Shown in pieces: positions 12,720 to 26,169 of a DNA stretch of 64,000 nt; within the stretch, counting starts at the first letter, position 1, and every line of letters begins with the position of its first letter. Where the stretch lies: assembly GCF_006345805.1 (NCBI RefSeq), contig NC_042997.1, positions 130,386,001 to 130,450,000 of the forward strand, in the 5' to 3' direction. Under the pieces are notes generated by a model. That model was given only the letters and a program-made list of their open reading frames with translations. It did not search any database and was not told the origin of the DNA. The DNA comes from Octopus sinensis. Taxonomy: Eukaryota. The position numbers were made by a program, and so were the translations under genes.

Positions 12720-13700
12720 GTTTAAGTCAAGTTTTGTTTAAGTCAAGTTTTGTTCAAGTAGTGAGATCTTGTTGGGTGAGTTGTATCAAGTTTTGTTCAA
12801 GTAGTGAGTTCTTGTTGGGTGAGTTGTATCCAATTATGGGTGGCTTATCTGGTATTCTTTGAAGGAATCTATCCAGACTCCGTTTAAAGTTGATGGGATC
12901 CTTTTCCTCTTTGATCTCTCTCGGGACAATGTTAAATAGGGCAGGGCCTGTTGAGGAAAAGAAATTATGTTGCAGTGTACATGTATGTTGTGATCTTGAA
13001 TTGGGCAGGGGATGTATGGCCCCGTGGTCCCAGTCTTGGATGAACCTTGAAGCTAATGTTAAGGTCGTTTGGGCAAAGTTGGTGGTATATTCTCCACATC
13101 GTACAAATGATGTACCGCTCACGGCGATGCTGGAGGGAGTAAAGTCTCAAGGCTTTAAGGCGATCTCAATAATCGAGAGCAGCCATGCCTTCAATTCGTT
13201 TAGTGAGTGCCCTCTGGGGTGACTCAATTCTGGAGATGTTTTGTCTTGTATGGGGAGACCACAGTGGGCAGCAGTATTCAAGGTGTGGCCGTACAAAAGA
13301 GGAAAAAAGTGGTATGATGATACCTTGTTCTCTGGACCGGAAAGTTCTTAAGATCCAGGAACTCATCCTATGAGCTATATCGACCTCCTTGTTGATGTGT
13401 GCACTCCAACTGAGATCGTCATCAACAATTACACCCAGGTCTCTGATATCGTTAGAGGCTGTGAGCGGTTCCCCTGAAGGAAGAGAGTATGGTTGTTTTA
13501 GTGAGGAATTTCTTCCAAAATGCATCAGCTCAAATTTTCCCTCATTCAGTTGCATTTTGTTTTTGTCTGCCCATTGACTCACAGCATATAGATCAGACTG
13601 GAATTGAGTTCGGTCTGCTTCTTCATTGACGATTTGCTGGAGCTTAGTGTCATCAGCAAATATTTTCACTTTGCAGTAATGTACGACACTGGAAAGGTCG
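12720..13700 (-). mobile_element. CR1-type LINE, 5'-truncated, RT domain 3' half
   Basis: ORF 13166-13897 contains [27 protein letters not shown] and [19 protein letters not shown]. It continues with stops to FKRSLDRFLQRIPDKP. The 3' end has a ~42-bp tandem duplication and (acttaaac)-like tail units. 5' truncation lies in (TA)n. Confidence 0.92.
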
Positions 13701-13821
13701 TATATATATATATATATGTATGTATATATATATAATGTATATATATATGTGTATATATATATGTATATATATATATGTGTATATATATATGTATATATAT
13801 GTATATATATGTATATATATA

Positions 13822-13911
<90 letters not shown>

Positions 13912-13916
13912 GTATA

Positions 13917-14410
13917 TCTCTTATTATAAAAGGCAGATTTTATCTGCCTCCCTTTGGGAGTTATAGAAATCTACAATATAGGATTTCTTCAATTACAATT
14001 TACCTAGCATTTTTAAGAGTAGAATGCATTGCGTCATGCCAGGTCCAGTTTTTTAAATTTAAACTCCAATTAAGCAAAATTTACAGAAAACTCACATTCT
14101 GGTGTGTGTGTCAAATGCTTTTCTTAGTCTGGTTTACACCACACGCAAACGCACACACACAGTGGGCAACGAATAAAATGAAAGTAATTCACTTACTGTA
14201 GTGAGTGATTCTTTCACTCTGCCTCCCACTTCCTCTTTCCACACATAGACACGCAAATATATAAATAAAATTGTAAGCTAACGTGCGTGTGTGTGAGTGT
14301 GTGTGTGTGTGTGCGCGTGTGTGTGTGTGTGAGGGTGCGTGTGTGTGTGTGTGTGTGCGTGTGCGTGAGTGTGTGACAGGAAAGTTTTTTACGACGAATA
14401 TAAGACCTAT
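13917..14410 (+). mobile_element. Putative non-autonomous Helitron/Helentron-like element (3' end not found)
   Basis: A|TCTCTTATTATAAAA 5' start like the other Helitrons here; subterminal hairpin aggcagat-ttt-atctgcct; internal (GT)n. Confidence 0.4.
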
Positions 14411-14425
14411 ATCCAAGTAGCAGAA

Positions 14426-14692
14426 AGATAAGACAGTAAGGTGTGATTTGAGGGAGATTTGGCTGCTATTTCTACCATGTCTAGCTGCCATGTAGGGGTC
14501 TCCCTCATAGGCTCATACATACATATATACATAGATAAGACAGTAAGGTGTGATTTGGGGGAAATTTGGCTGCTATTTCTACCAGGTCTAGCTACCATGT
14601 AGAGGTCCCCCTAATTGGCTCATATATATATACATACATAAGACAGTAAGGTGTGATTTGAGGGAGATTTGGCTGCTGTTTCTACCAGGTCT
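14426..14692 (+). repeat. Tandem array of a ~105-110 bp unit (2.5 copies)
   Basis: Unit agacagtaaggtgtgatttgagggagatttggctgctatttctacc.. starts at ~14431, ~14538 and ~14641. Confidence 0.9.
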
Positions 14693-14764
14693 GTTAGGCC
14701 TTCTCATGTAAACTCAAGCTTTCTCATGCCTTGAACATAAGACCAAAGCAGAGAATGTATTCTT

Positions 14765-15000
14765 TTATTCTTCTGCTTTTTCCAGCCATTGGTCTGTGGC
14801 CATGCTGGGGCAATGCCTTGAAGAATTGTAGTTTAATGAATCAACTCCAGTTTTATTTTTGTAAGCATTGTACTTATTCTATCTGTTTCCTTTGTCAAAC
14901 CACTAGGTGACAGGGATGTAAACAAACCAACATTCGTTGTCAAGCAGTGGTGGAGGACAATCACAAGCACAGACACACACATACATGCATACACATATAC
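14765..15000 (-). mobile_element. SINE family A-related, degenerate 3' half
   Basis: Reverse complement of the family A tail (ggccatgctggggcaatgcc..tacttattctatc). Confidence 0.65.
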
Positions 15001-15031
15001 ACACATACATACATACATACATATATATATA

Positions 15032-15290
15032 TTGCAGCGTGGAAGGTGTTTGTAAGCCATTTAAGAAACACACAAAAACCGTTACATTCACTTCAACATT
15101 TAAATTTAATTTGCCAAAATATTTTCGTCGCTTTGAGACCGCGACCTATTCACTGACAAAAATATCGTGCTAACAGGTCGCGGTCTCAAAGCGACGAAAA
15201 TATTTTGACAAATTAAATTTAAACGTTGAAGTGAATCTAACGGTTTTTGTGTGTTTCTTAAATGGCTTATAAACACCTTCAACGCTGCAA
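15032..15290. mobile_element. Foldback/MITE-like palindrome, ~116-bp arms and ~27-nt spacer
   Basis: ttgcagcgtggaaggtgttt..ctttgagaccgcgacct is the near-perfect reverse complement of aggtcgcggtctcaaag..aaacaccttcaacgctgcaa. Confidence 0.85.
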
Positions 15291-15350
15291 CTGTTTTCGT
15301 TCCAGCACACGATCTCAGATCAAGTCACTTGCTATGCAAGTACATCTCTG

Positions 15351-15393
<43 letters not shown>

Positions 15394-15456
15394 TGGTAAA
15401 AACAGTAAGATAACAAAAGAAAGAAAGAGACCTCAATATTATGTAAATAGAGGAAA

Positions 15457-15850
15457 TCTTTATATATAAAAATGAGGTTGTGTGTCTGTCTCCTACGATT
15501 TAGATTCCTAACTACTCCCACATTTTGCGGTGCAGTTTAACCAAAACCGGGTATCTTATAGTCGTGATTCATATCGAGACCGTCTGGGTATTAGCGCGCG
15601 TCTACGATGAGTCTACGATTAAAAAAAAAATTTACCATCAATTTTTCCCATTTTTAATCCATTTTTGACATATATAAGGGAAGTAACTCTCTAAAATTTA
15701 TTATTAAATCTCAGAACGTAAAAAGCTACAGTAACACCCCTCCCCCTTTGTGGTTAGCCATATTGAGATGGCTATTATACTTTACATCTCTAAAAATGCT
15801 TATATAATTATTTCCCTTACAAACCCGAGCAACGCCGGGCGATACTGCTA

Positions 15851-15851
<1 letters not shown>
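15457..15851 (+). mobile_element. Non-autonomous Helitron, family H1
   Basis: A|TC start, 3' hairpin CCCGagcaacgcCGGG, ends CTAG|T, no TSD. Near-identical copy at 25420-25797. Confidence 0.88.
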
Positions 15852-15888
<37 letters not shown>

Positions 15889-16377
15889 CCCATGCTAGCA
15901 TGGAGAACGGACATTAAACGATGATGATGATGATGATGACACACACACACACACACACACATACACTTCACACGCATATATATGTTACTTTCTCTGTTTG
16001 TGCTCCTGAAGCTCTGTGTATATCAGAGATGGATAGCTAGCTAGATAGATAGATAGAGAGAGAAAGAGAGAGAGAGAGAGGAGGAGGAGGAGCAGGGAGT
16101 GAGGGAGAAGCAGAGTGTCTGTATTTTATATGTATTTAAAAGATAAGAAGGTCAAATTATGCATGTGAAATGTGCTGATGTGAGAGCCAAATAAAATTGG
16201 CAAGGCAGTATGGATGAATTATATTAACATATGTTTAAGCTTTAATTATTTATATACATGTAGATAAGTATTGGTTTTAACTGTGGCTGTGTAAGTATTG
16301 ATTCTATATACACATCTGTAAACACTGGTTATATATACACAAGTGTGTAAGTGTTCAGTATAAACACATGTTTATGT

Positions 16378-16929
<552 letters not shown>

Positions 16930-17481
16930 ATGTATGTGTTCCTGTACAAAATAGCATTGTACAGGAATGCCATTTTGTACATGAATAAATGGTATTTGTA
17001 CCTACTTTTAAGTAAGGTAAGGTAATGTTTCACCATGCTTGGACATGATTATGTGGGAGATTGAAATGAAGAACACCTCTTGCATGACAGTGACATACAC
17101 TTAAAACTACTGCCTAATGTTAAGTCAAATAGACAGTAAAATAAGCAAACACACATGTATACATATCAAGTTGATCATTGGGGTGACCATGCTTTTCTGG
17201 TGATCTCATGAACTAGCTCTCTTAATTTCCACAGATTTGTGAATATACAATTGTATTGTATAATGTGGAGTACACATATAAGCAAACATGTAAGCATAAT
17301 TTCTTCCTCAGTGGAAGAAAGTTGTGAAACAGCTGCAATCCTAAGGATGTTAAGTGGTTAGATAAATATATATTCACCTCTCATACATCCTCTGCTCTGT
17401 TATAGTCTATATATATACACATATGTATAAAAAATATATGTGTATATATTTATATGCATATTTATGTATATATATATGTAT

Positions 17482-17545
<64 letters not shown>

Positions 17546-18084
17546 CAAAGTGAAGTTGTAAGGTACCGCACGAGTGGAAATATATTTGAAAGAAGGTTTG
17601 AAAATGCAATTTGAAAAGATGTTTATTCACTTGACTGGTTTCACTTTTTTAGAAAAAGATTGTCAAAAGTAACATGTAAAAGCTTTGTTGTGTTAAGTAC
17701 TGGTTGTCACAAAATATTACAATATATATATATTATATATATATATATAATATATATATATATATATAACCCATGCTAGCATGGAGAACGGACGTTAAAC
17801 GATGATGATGATGATACATTCTTTGATAATAATAAGAAAATGCTAAAAACAGTTTACAAGGAAAAATCTTGAGAAAATATTAAAAAGTTCATTGAAAATA
17901 TTAGGATTTCATTAAAAATCATGTTTGTTTGGAAGTATCTATATATATACACAGAAAAGTATAAGTTCAAAAAGGTCATATTTTGGTGGTATATATATAT
18001 ATATATATATATACACAGAAGGAGATATATTTAGGAGTTTACAAAGAATTTGAGATGGACTGACCTGTATATATATATATATAT

Positions 18085-18308
18085 ATATATGTAATGTGAG
18101 TGTGCATACACGACAGAGTGTGAGCACCCTGAGAGAAAAGTTGGACATAAGAAACATCAAATGTGGTGTGGAAGAGAGACAACTGCAAAGGTATGGTCAT
18201 GTGTTATGTATGGATGAGGACAGCTGTGTAAGGAAGTGCCACAACCTAACTGTGGGAGGAACCTGTGGAAGAGGTAGACCCAAGAAGACATGGGATGAGG
18301 TGGTGAAG
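18085..18308 (+). mobile_element. RTE LINE fragment (same subfamily as 47035 and 62750)
   Basis: LREKLDIRNIKCGVEERQLQRYGHV..GRGRPKKTWDEVVK. Confidence 0.85.
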
Positions 18309-19250
18309 TTTTGGAAATGGAAGGAGGCATTTGAAAGCAAGGGTTTGAAGGTAAACTTTAGGAAAACAAAGGTGATGGTGAGCAGGGTGTTAGTGAGTAA
18401 GGTGGATCCATATGATATATGTGGGAGCAGGGTAATGGCAAATGCAGTGTTGTGTATGGGATGTGAGAAATGGATTCATGGTAGATGTATGAAAATGAAG
18501 AAGGTGACCCCAAGACTAGCAAGAGAGTTTGTTTGTGGAAGATGTGAGAAAGGAGCTGGAGGGCTGGCAGAACCAGTGGGAACGCTATGTGATGAAGTGG
18601 AAACAGTGGGAGGGTTTTTTATTTAGGAGATAGGGTGGATGTAAGTGGTGGATGTGAAGCAGCTGTGACAGCAAGAGCAAGACTTGGTTGGGTGAAGTTC
18701 AGGGATTGTGGAGCATTGTTATATGGGAAAAGGTTCTCATTAAAGATGAAAGGAAGGGTCTATAGGAGTTGTGTGAGAGCTGCAATGCTGTATGGGAGTG
18801 AGACATGGTGTCTGAGGGAGAGATAGATGGTAATTTTGAGAAGGACTGAGAGAGCAATGGTGAGAGAAATGTGTGGGGTGAAGCTGTTTGATAAGAGGAG
18901 GACTGAGGATTTGAAGGGAATGCTAGGTATGGAGGAATCGATGGAATGGTTGGCAAGGGCGAATGGAGTGCGGTGGTATGGGCGTGAGTTGAGGAGGGAT
19001 GAAGAGCATGTTCTGAGGAGGGTGATTGCACTTGAGGTAAACGGAGCATGAAAGAGAGGTAGACTGAAGAAAAGGTAGAGGGGACAGGTAGAGGAGAAGA
19101 TTGGAAGGGTTGGTTTAAAAAAGGAGGACACCCAAAATTGGGCAAGATGGTGAGATGGTGTGAGGGCGGTTGCTATGGCATTGAAGTAGATCCGCCAACC
19201 CCGTTAACGGGGGCAAAACCTGGATTTAAAACACTGGATGATGATGATGG
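18309..19250 (+). mobile_element. Second RTE subfamily 3' fragment: RT C-terminus with a PHD-like finger, ending in (GAT)n
   Basis: WKEAFESKGLKVNFRKTKVMV, CMGCEKWIHGRC..FVCGRC, KGRVYRSCVRAAMLYGSETW, ANGVRWYGREL; 3' end taaaacactg(gat)n. Confidence 0.88.
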
Positions 19251-20014
19251 AGCTGAATATTGGGGTTGATGTAATTAATTTAACCCTTGCCCCAAAAATT
19301 GCTGGCCTTGTGCCAAAAATTGAAACCATTGTTAGATGCAAGTCTCATGATATATCTCACATGATCAAAGAATGTGTCATCATTTTTATCAAAAATTACT
19401 TCACTGGCCATCTAGGATGTTATGAGTCACATAAAGTGTATTGTATGGAAAGACCACAGAGGATGTATTTCATATGAAAAAAATAGTTTCAAAGTTATTA
19501 CTGCTGCTTATATCTCTTGCCAATTAAACTAAACCTACAGATGCTGTTTATTTGAGTAGCTTATATATATATACTCCTGTCACAACCTGGGACCTTGAAG
19601 ACTGCTATAATGCAAGAAAGTATACTAGTCCCTTAATATTTTATATTTTATATTCAATATTTCATCTATTCAATAATACTTCATTACATTTTACTATATA
19701 TATATTATTTATACTATATATTCTATATTCTACATTAATATTATAAAGACTATAAATAAAACATAAAAAACAGAGTTGGAATTTCTTTGAATAATATATA
19801 TATATATATATATATATTTTTTATATACACCACACACATAGCACATATATATGAGACATACTATATAAGTACATCCTATGATGTACTTAGTAGATTAGTA
19901 ACAAACCTGTGGTTCAATCTCTACCAGAAGTTGCTGAAAAGGTTCTCATGGAATCTAATTTCACAGCAAGAATAAATATATGTGGATATGATTCCATGTG
20001 TGTACATGCACACA

Positions 20015-20054
<40 letters not shown>

Positions 20055-20380
20055 TAAATAAAAATATGATGATTTATATATATATATAAATATATAAATA
20101 TATTCATAAACCAAAAATAGTAAATAGATCTTCTGTCACTTTCAACAATGTGTATTTTAATTGTTCATTCAACTATTTTCATTCCAACTCATTATATTAG
20201 TATGTAAGCTGCCACTGAATTTCCACAGACACATGTACTCTTAATATAATTTGCAAACAAATCAGCAAATCACAGTGTCAGCTGAAGCTGCCTCTTAGAA
20301 TTACTGGTATAGGTCATCTAAAAGGCCTCCAACTTATCTCCCCAATTTTACTCACAAGTTTATGTCAGCTTGAGGCTATC

Positions 20381-20700
20381 ATGTCTTCTACTATAGTCTC
20401 GGACCAACCAAAGCCATGTGAGTAGATTTGAGAAAGAAGCTCGTCGTAAATATGTATATGTATATCTATATATATGTATGTGTGTGTATAGGTTTGTGTG
20501 TCTGTGTTTGTCCCCCCCAACAGCACTTGACAACCAATGCTGGTGTGTTTACGTCCCTGTAATTTAGCAGTTCAGCAAAAGAGACCGATAGAATAAATAC
20601 TAGGCTTACAAAGAATAAGTCCTGGGGTCAATTTGCTCAACTAAAGGCGGTGCTCCAGCATGGCCCCAGTCAAATGACTGAAACAAGTAAAAGAGTTAAG
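20381..20700 (+). mobile_element. SINE family A, 5'-truncated
   Basis: Core and tail match family A. Confidence 0.8.
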
Positions 20701-20881
20701 ATGCTACACACTGAAATTATTAAGTAAACATCTCAGTTCCATTATAAATACATATGGGTACAAGAATGGCTGTGTGGTTAAAATATTTGCTTCACAACCA
20801 TATGGTTTTTGGGCTCAGTTCCACTGTGCAACACCTTTGGTAGATGTTTTAATCCAAGCGAGTGAATTTATTGGTAAAACC

Positions 20882-20922
<41 letters not shown>

Positions 20923-22815
20923 ATTAAATAATAAGGGTAGAAATTGATATTAATCAATTAAAACCAGTGGCTTAGGATATCTAAAAAATCTGAAGATTAA
21001 AAATTGTGTTACATACAAATTTTAGAGGAATGACCTCTAAAGTGGACATCCAATATGCTAAACATAGACGTCAAATCGCCATTACCACGAAGAATATATT
21101 CACAAGAAAAATCTCAGCAAAAAAACAAAATATAAAAATAAGCAAGACAAATGAAAATATACGAAATAAAAAACATTTTTTATTGCTTTTTAAAATGCAA
21201 ATTGTATCTTTTCGTTGTCAAGTCACTGTGTTTAATTGAAAGGTAAGAGTTTCTTTCCTTTCAGGGTTAAGTTATTCTCGGAGAATTTTCCCATTATGCA
21301 CAAGTTTGGCTGAGTAACATTGCAAGCAAGCAAGATTCAAGCTCACTTTTAATGTATTATATATACATACATAAACACATGCATACACATGCACACACAC
21401 ATGCACACAGATGCAGATATGGCTGTGAGGTTTAGAAGCTTGCTTCCCAACCTTGTAGTTTCAAGTTGAGTCCTACTGTATAGCACTCTGAGCAAGTGTC
21501 TTCTACTCAGATAAGGGATCTTGTCTTGTGAATTACTTGTTGACCCCACTAATGCTTGTGCCATAGATAAAACAACCAGTACACTCTGTAAAGTGAATGG
21601 AGTTACAAAGGGCATCCAGCTGTAGAAACCATGTCAAAGCAGACACTGGAGCTTGACACAGCCCTGTGGTTCATCAGACACTGTTAAACCTTCTAATAAA
21701 AGCGAGAATGGAAGTCAGACATGTAAAGATGATGGTGATAATGATATAATGATGATAAAGAAAGTGAGTTGTCTTGTGGATAAGGTACTGAGGTCATCCC
21801 GAACTCCTGAAGAGTGGGTCCTTGAGCAAAGCACTTCATTTCATGTAGTTCTTCTCAGTTTTAACAGCTAGGTACTGATAGCCCACACCTCTCTCTATCT
21901 GTCCCCTTCTCTTTATCTCTCTACCTAGCTCTCTCTAGCAGTTACATCCTCAATATTCAGATAAGTCTTATGCTTGGGACTACATAGGCACTTACAGAAA
22001 TTTCTGGAATTATTTATTTTCAATCTCCTGTTTTGGTTGCAAAAAATATTTTCCAGTATCTTTCAACTCTTATGCATATCCCACACATCTACATACAATT
22101 TTGGAGTATTGGAATAAGCAGATGTGCTTCAAGAGAACACAGCTTGGATTATAATCCTATCTGCATCATCATCACCATTTAACATCTGTTCTCCATGCTG
22201 GCATGAGTTGGATGGTTTGACAGGAGCTAGCAACCTACTGTTTGACATCCATTTTATTTTATTACTAGCTGACTCTGTGCTGACAAAAATGACAGCTAAT
22301 TGTAGTATTTTATATATAAATAAGGTATAAAATAAGGTACATAATAATCACAAATACAAACATTCACATACTTCCCTTGCACACACACACACACACACAT
22401 ACACAAATATTCAAACAGTTGAAATGCTGTTTGATTTTTCTGTATTGAACATTCACCATCACATTTCCATTGCATATATACACACACACACACAAACATT
22501 CGCAATCTTGCCTTTTACATACACACATATACTCACACAGAGTTGAAACACTGATTTTTTTCACCCTTTCCTTCGATATTCATCTATCATCCTTTCCTTT
22601 CTTATGTGTTGTGATAGAGAATAATAGAAAATACACAACATGTTCTTTGCTACTTCCTTTCTCTCATTGCTATTACTTTCTATCACTCTCTCTCAGTCAG
22701 AGCTATTACTCTCACTACTTCTCCTTCACTGAATTATTATTTTCTTTCCTCTCCCTTCACTTATACTCCTCTTTCTCCTACTCCATCCTACTCCTACTCT
22801 GTGATTTTGGACAAA

Positions 22816-22936
<121 letters not shown>

Positions 22937-23017
22937 TTATAAATATAAAAAAAACATTATGCCCATTATTATATTAGGAGATATTTTTTGTGTGTGCACA
23001 TGTGTGCGTGTGTGTAT

Positions 23018-23059
<42 letters not shown>

Positions 23060-23217
23060 TATTAATATATACATATATAATATATGGGTAGGTTGGTGTA
23101 AATGGTAGGACACTTGTGAAAACATAGAGGTGTGCGTTCGAGTTCCACACATATGGAAACTTACTTTTTTTTCCATCAAGGGCTTATATGTCCTAATATT
23201 AAACTATTTTCTTTATA

Positions 23218-23840
23218 GGCATAGGTGTGCCCATATGGTAAGAAGCTTGCTCCCCAATAACGTGGTCCTGGATTCAGTTCCACTGCGTGGCACCTTGAGC
23301 AAGTGTTTTCTACTATAGCCTCAGGCCAACCAAACCCTTGTGAGTGGATTTGGTTGACAGAAACTGAAAGAGGCCTGCCATTGTAAAGATCATGCAGAAA
23401 CTGACCTTGCCTGTGCTCGTGCCACATAAAAAGCACTCAGTCCACTCTGCTGAGGGGGTGGGGCTGATGTTATGAAGGGCATCCAACTGTAAAAGCCCTG
23501 CCAAAATAGACACAGAAGTCTGGTGCAGTCTTCTGCCTGGCCAGCTCCTGTCAAACTGTCAAACCCATACCAGCATGGAAGACAGACGTTAAATGATGAC
23601 AACGACGACGATGATGATGAATATATCTATGTGTGTGTGTCTGTGTTTGTCCTCACCATCACTGCTTGACAACTGGTGTTGGTGTGTTTATGTCCCCATA
23701 ACTTAGAGGTTCAGCAATATGATTGATAGAATACTAGGCTTTAAAAAATCCTGGGCTTAATTTGCTCAACTACAATCCTTCAACACAGTGCTCCAGCATG
23801 GCTGCAGTCAAATGACAGAAACATGTAAAAGAAGAAAAGA
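23218..23840 (+). mobile_element. SINE family A split by an RTE-tail insertion (~23380-23620)
   Basis: Family A head 23218-23375, family B tail ending (gac/gat)n, family A 3' half 23625-23840. Confidence 0.7.
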
Positions 23841-23859
23841 ATATATACTGTATGTGTGT

Positions 23860-24112
23860 GCTGGTAGCACGTAAAAAGCACCATCCGATCGTGGTCGATG
23901 CCAGCTCCTCTGGCCCCTGTGCTGGTGGCACGTAAAAGCACCTGCTACACTCTCGGAGTGGTTGGTGTTAGGAAGGGCATCCAGCTGTAGAAACACTGTC
24001 AGATCAGACTAGGGCCTGGTGCAGCCTCCTGGCTTCCCAGACCCCAGTCGAACCGTCCAACCCATGCCAGCATGGAAAACGGACGTTAAATGATGAAGAG
24101 GATGATGATGAT
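23860..24112 (+). mobile_element. RTE 3' tail (family B)
   Basis: Standard tail consensus plus (GAT)n. Confidence 0.75.
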
Positions 24113-24394
24113 ACACACATGATACATATACCCCTTTGTTTTTTGACCTGGCTTTGACCTGGCTGGATACAAACAAGCTAGTTGTCATAAAGGAGTGCCT
24201 TATGACAGCTAACTTGCCATTGCTTGTTATTCACCACACATACACACACACACACACACGCGCACGCACAAACACACTTGACATCCTTGCACACACCCAC
24301 ACCCACACGCACCCACACACATTCCCTTTTTTTTTAAACTCTCTTGCTTTTAAAAATCTACCTCTCAACTTCTGTTCTTTCAACATGTGATCTC

Positions 24395-24600
24395 TTGAGC
24401 ACCACCAGCAAAAGTATTTTTTCCTCTGTTTTCCCTTCTTGGGATCTTTCCTTCTCCTTGTTTCCGACGAAGAGCTCTGCTCGAAACGTTAAACCCTCAT
24501 TCCCTTCTTTCCTGAGCGTCAATAATACTTTAATTGTTCCACGTCCTCACGTTGCTGTGTTTTTTTTCTCTTTTTTCTGTGTTTTCTTGTTTGGATTAAC
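24395..24600 (+). mobile_element. Short Penelope-like terminal element, family P1, ending in (TA)n
   Basis: Homologous to 36755-36880; contains a hammerhead-like motif; ends tttggattaac(TA)n. Confidence 0.55.
24460..24494 (+). ncRNA. Minimal type I hammerhead-ribozyme-like motif (U4C core variant)
   Basis: GUUU-CCGACGA-A-GAGC-ucu-GCUC-GAAAC-GUU-AAAC: stem I GUUU/AAAC, stem II GAGC/GCUC, palindromic stem III AACGUU. Activity untested. Confidence 0.55.
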
Positions 24601-25114
24601 TATATATATATACACATACACACACATAAATACATACACACATATATATGTGTATGTATAGGCATATATGTATAGCTATCTACCTATATCTAAATATCTA
24701 CCTATCTATATATTTTTTTCCATACATACTCATGTATATTGAAATGCTTTAATCCTGAAGATGTAACGTTTCACATTTCTGAAGAATACATTGCACATGT
24801 GATCAGCAGCTGGCCAGCAATATTATGAATGCATCATGATGTTGATGCTAAAACAATATACAATGGAATTCGTGGGAAAGACTGCTTTGGGATAAATACA
24901 AATAATATGTGCTTCAACATTCCTGTTGAAGCGTTCCTATCAAAACGTCTGCCAAATGCAAAAATATCAGGACTGATATAGTTGCTTAAAGTAGAAAAGA
25001 AAAAAATCACAATCTGGGAATTGAAAGCACAACCTTGCAATCATAAGTGCAATGCCGTAACTACAAGGCCATACATCTCTTCTTTCTATCTATATGTGTA
25101 TACACACATACACA

Positions 25115-25188
<74 letters not shown>

Positions 25189-25419
25189 GCACATACATAT
25201 ACATAGACATTATTAAAGAAATTTTTTATATAATTGAACAATTCATTCTGGGTAATAGAAAATATAATAAATTTTTTTCTAGTAATAATTTTGGAGTAGG
25301 TTATTCTACCACTAATAATGTAGGTAACATTATTTCTTTTAATAAATTTAAGTTGAATAAATTTTACAAAAAGACATTTAATAATTATTCCAATAATAAT
25401 AATAAAGATAACGTTGTAA

Positions 25420-25797
25420 TCTTTATATATAAAAGTGAAGTTGTGTGTCTGTCTCCTACGATTTAGATTCCTAACTACTCCCACATTTTGCGGTGCAGTT
25501 TAACCAAAACCGGGTATCTTATAGTCGTGATTCATATCGAGCACTTCTGGGTATTAGCGCGCGTCTACGATGAGTCTACGATTTTAAAAATAATTTACCA
25601 TAATTTTTTTTTCAGTTTATATAAGGGAAGTAACTCTCTAAAAATGTCTACGATGAGTCAACGATTTAAAAAAATTTACCATAATTTTTTTTCCATTTTT
25701 AATGCATTTTTTTGCTACTTTTTGGCTATAACACTCTAAAAATGCTTATATAGTTATTTCCCTTACAAACCCGAGCAACGCCGGCCGATACTGCTAG
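25420..25797 (+). mobile_element. Non-autonomous Helitron, family H1
   Basis: A|TC..cccgagcaacgccgg..CTAG|T; homologous to 15457-15851. Confidence 0.88.
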
Positions 25798-26169
25798 TTA
25801 ATTGTACATGTAGAGATAAAAATAAATGTAGTTCTAATAATAAATGTAATTTGCATGATGTAGTTTATAAATGTATAGTGATTTTAATTGATGATAATAA
25901 TAGGAATGATCATAACTTAAGCGCAATCTATATAGGGTCTACTTCTAATAAAATTTAATTAAGGGTGGATCAACATATGAATTCCTTTAAAAGTAGATAT
26001 TTAATTTAATCCCACTGGGCTTAGTAAATATATATGGGAACTTAAATCTAAATGTATTAAGTATAATTTAAATTGGAAGATAGATTGTAAGGCAAAATCT
26101 TATAGTATAGATACTAATTCTTGTTTACTATGTGCTAGTGAATTTAAGGAAATAATAAAAAATATTAAT

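Noticed and set aside
14426-14692. Repeat-spacer-like pattern suggesting CRISPR
   Set aside because: Eukaryotic context, ~105-bp units with microsatellite spacers, no cas genes.
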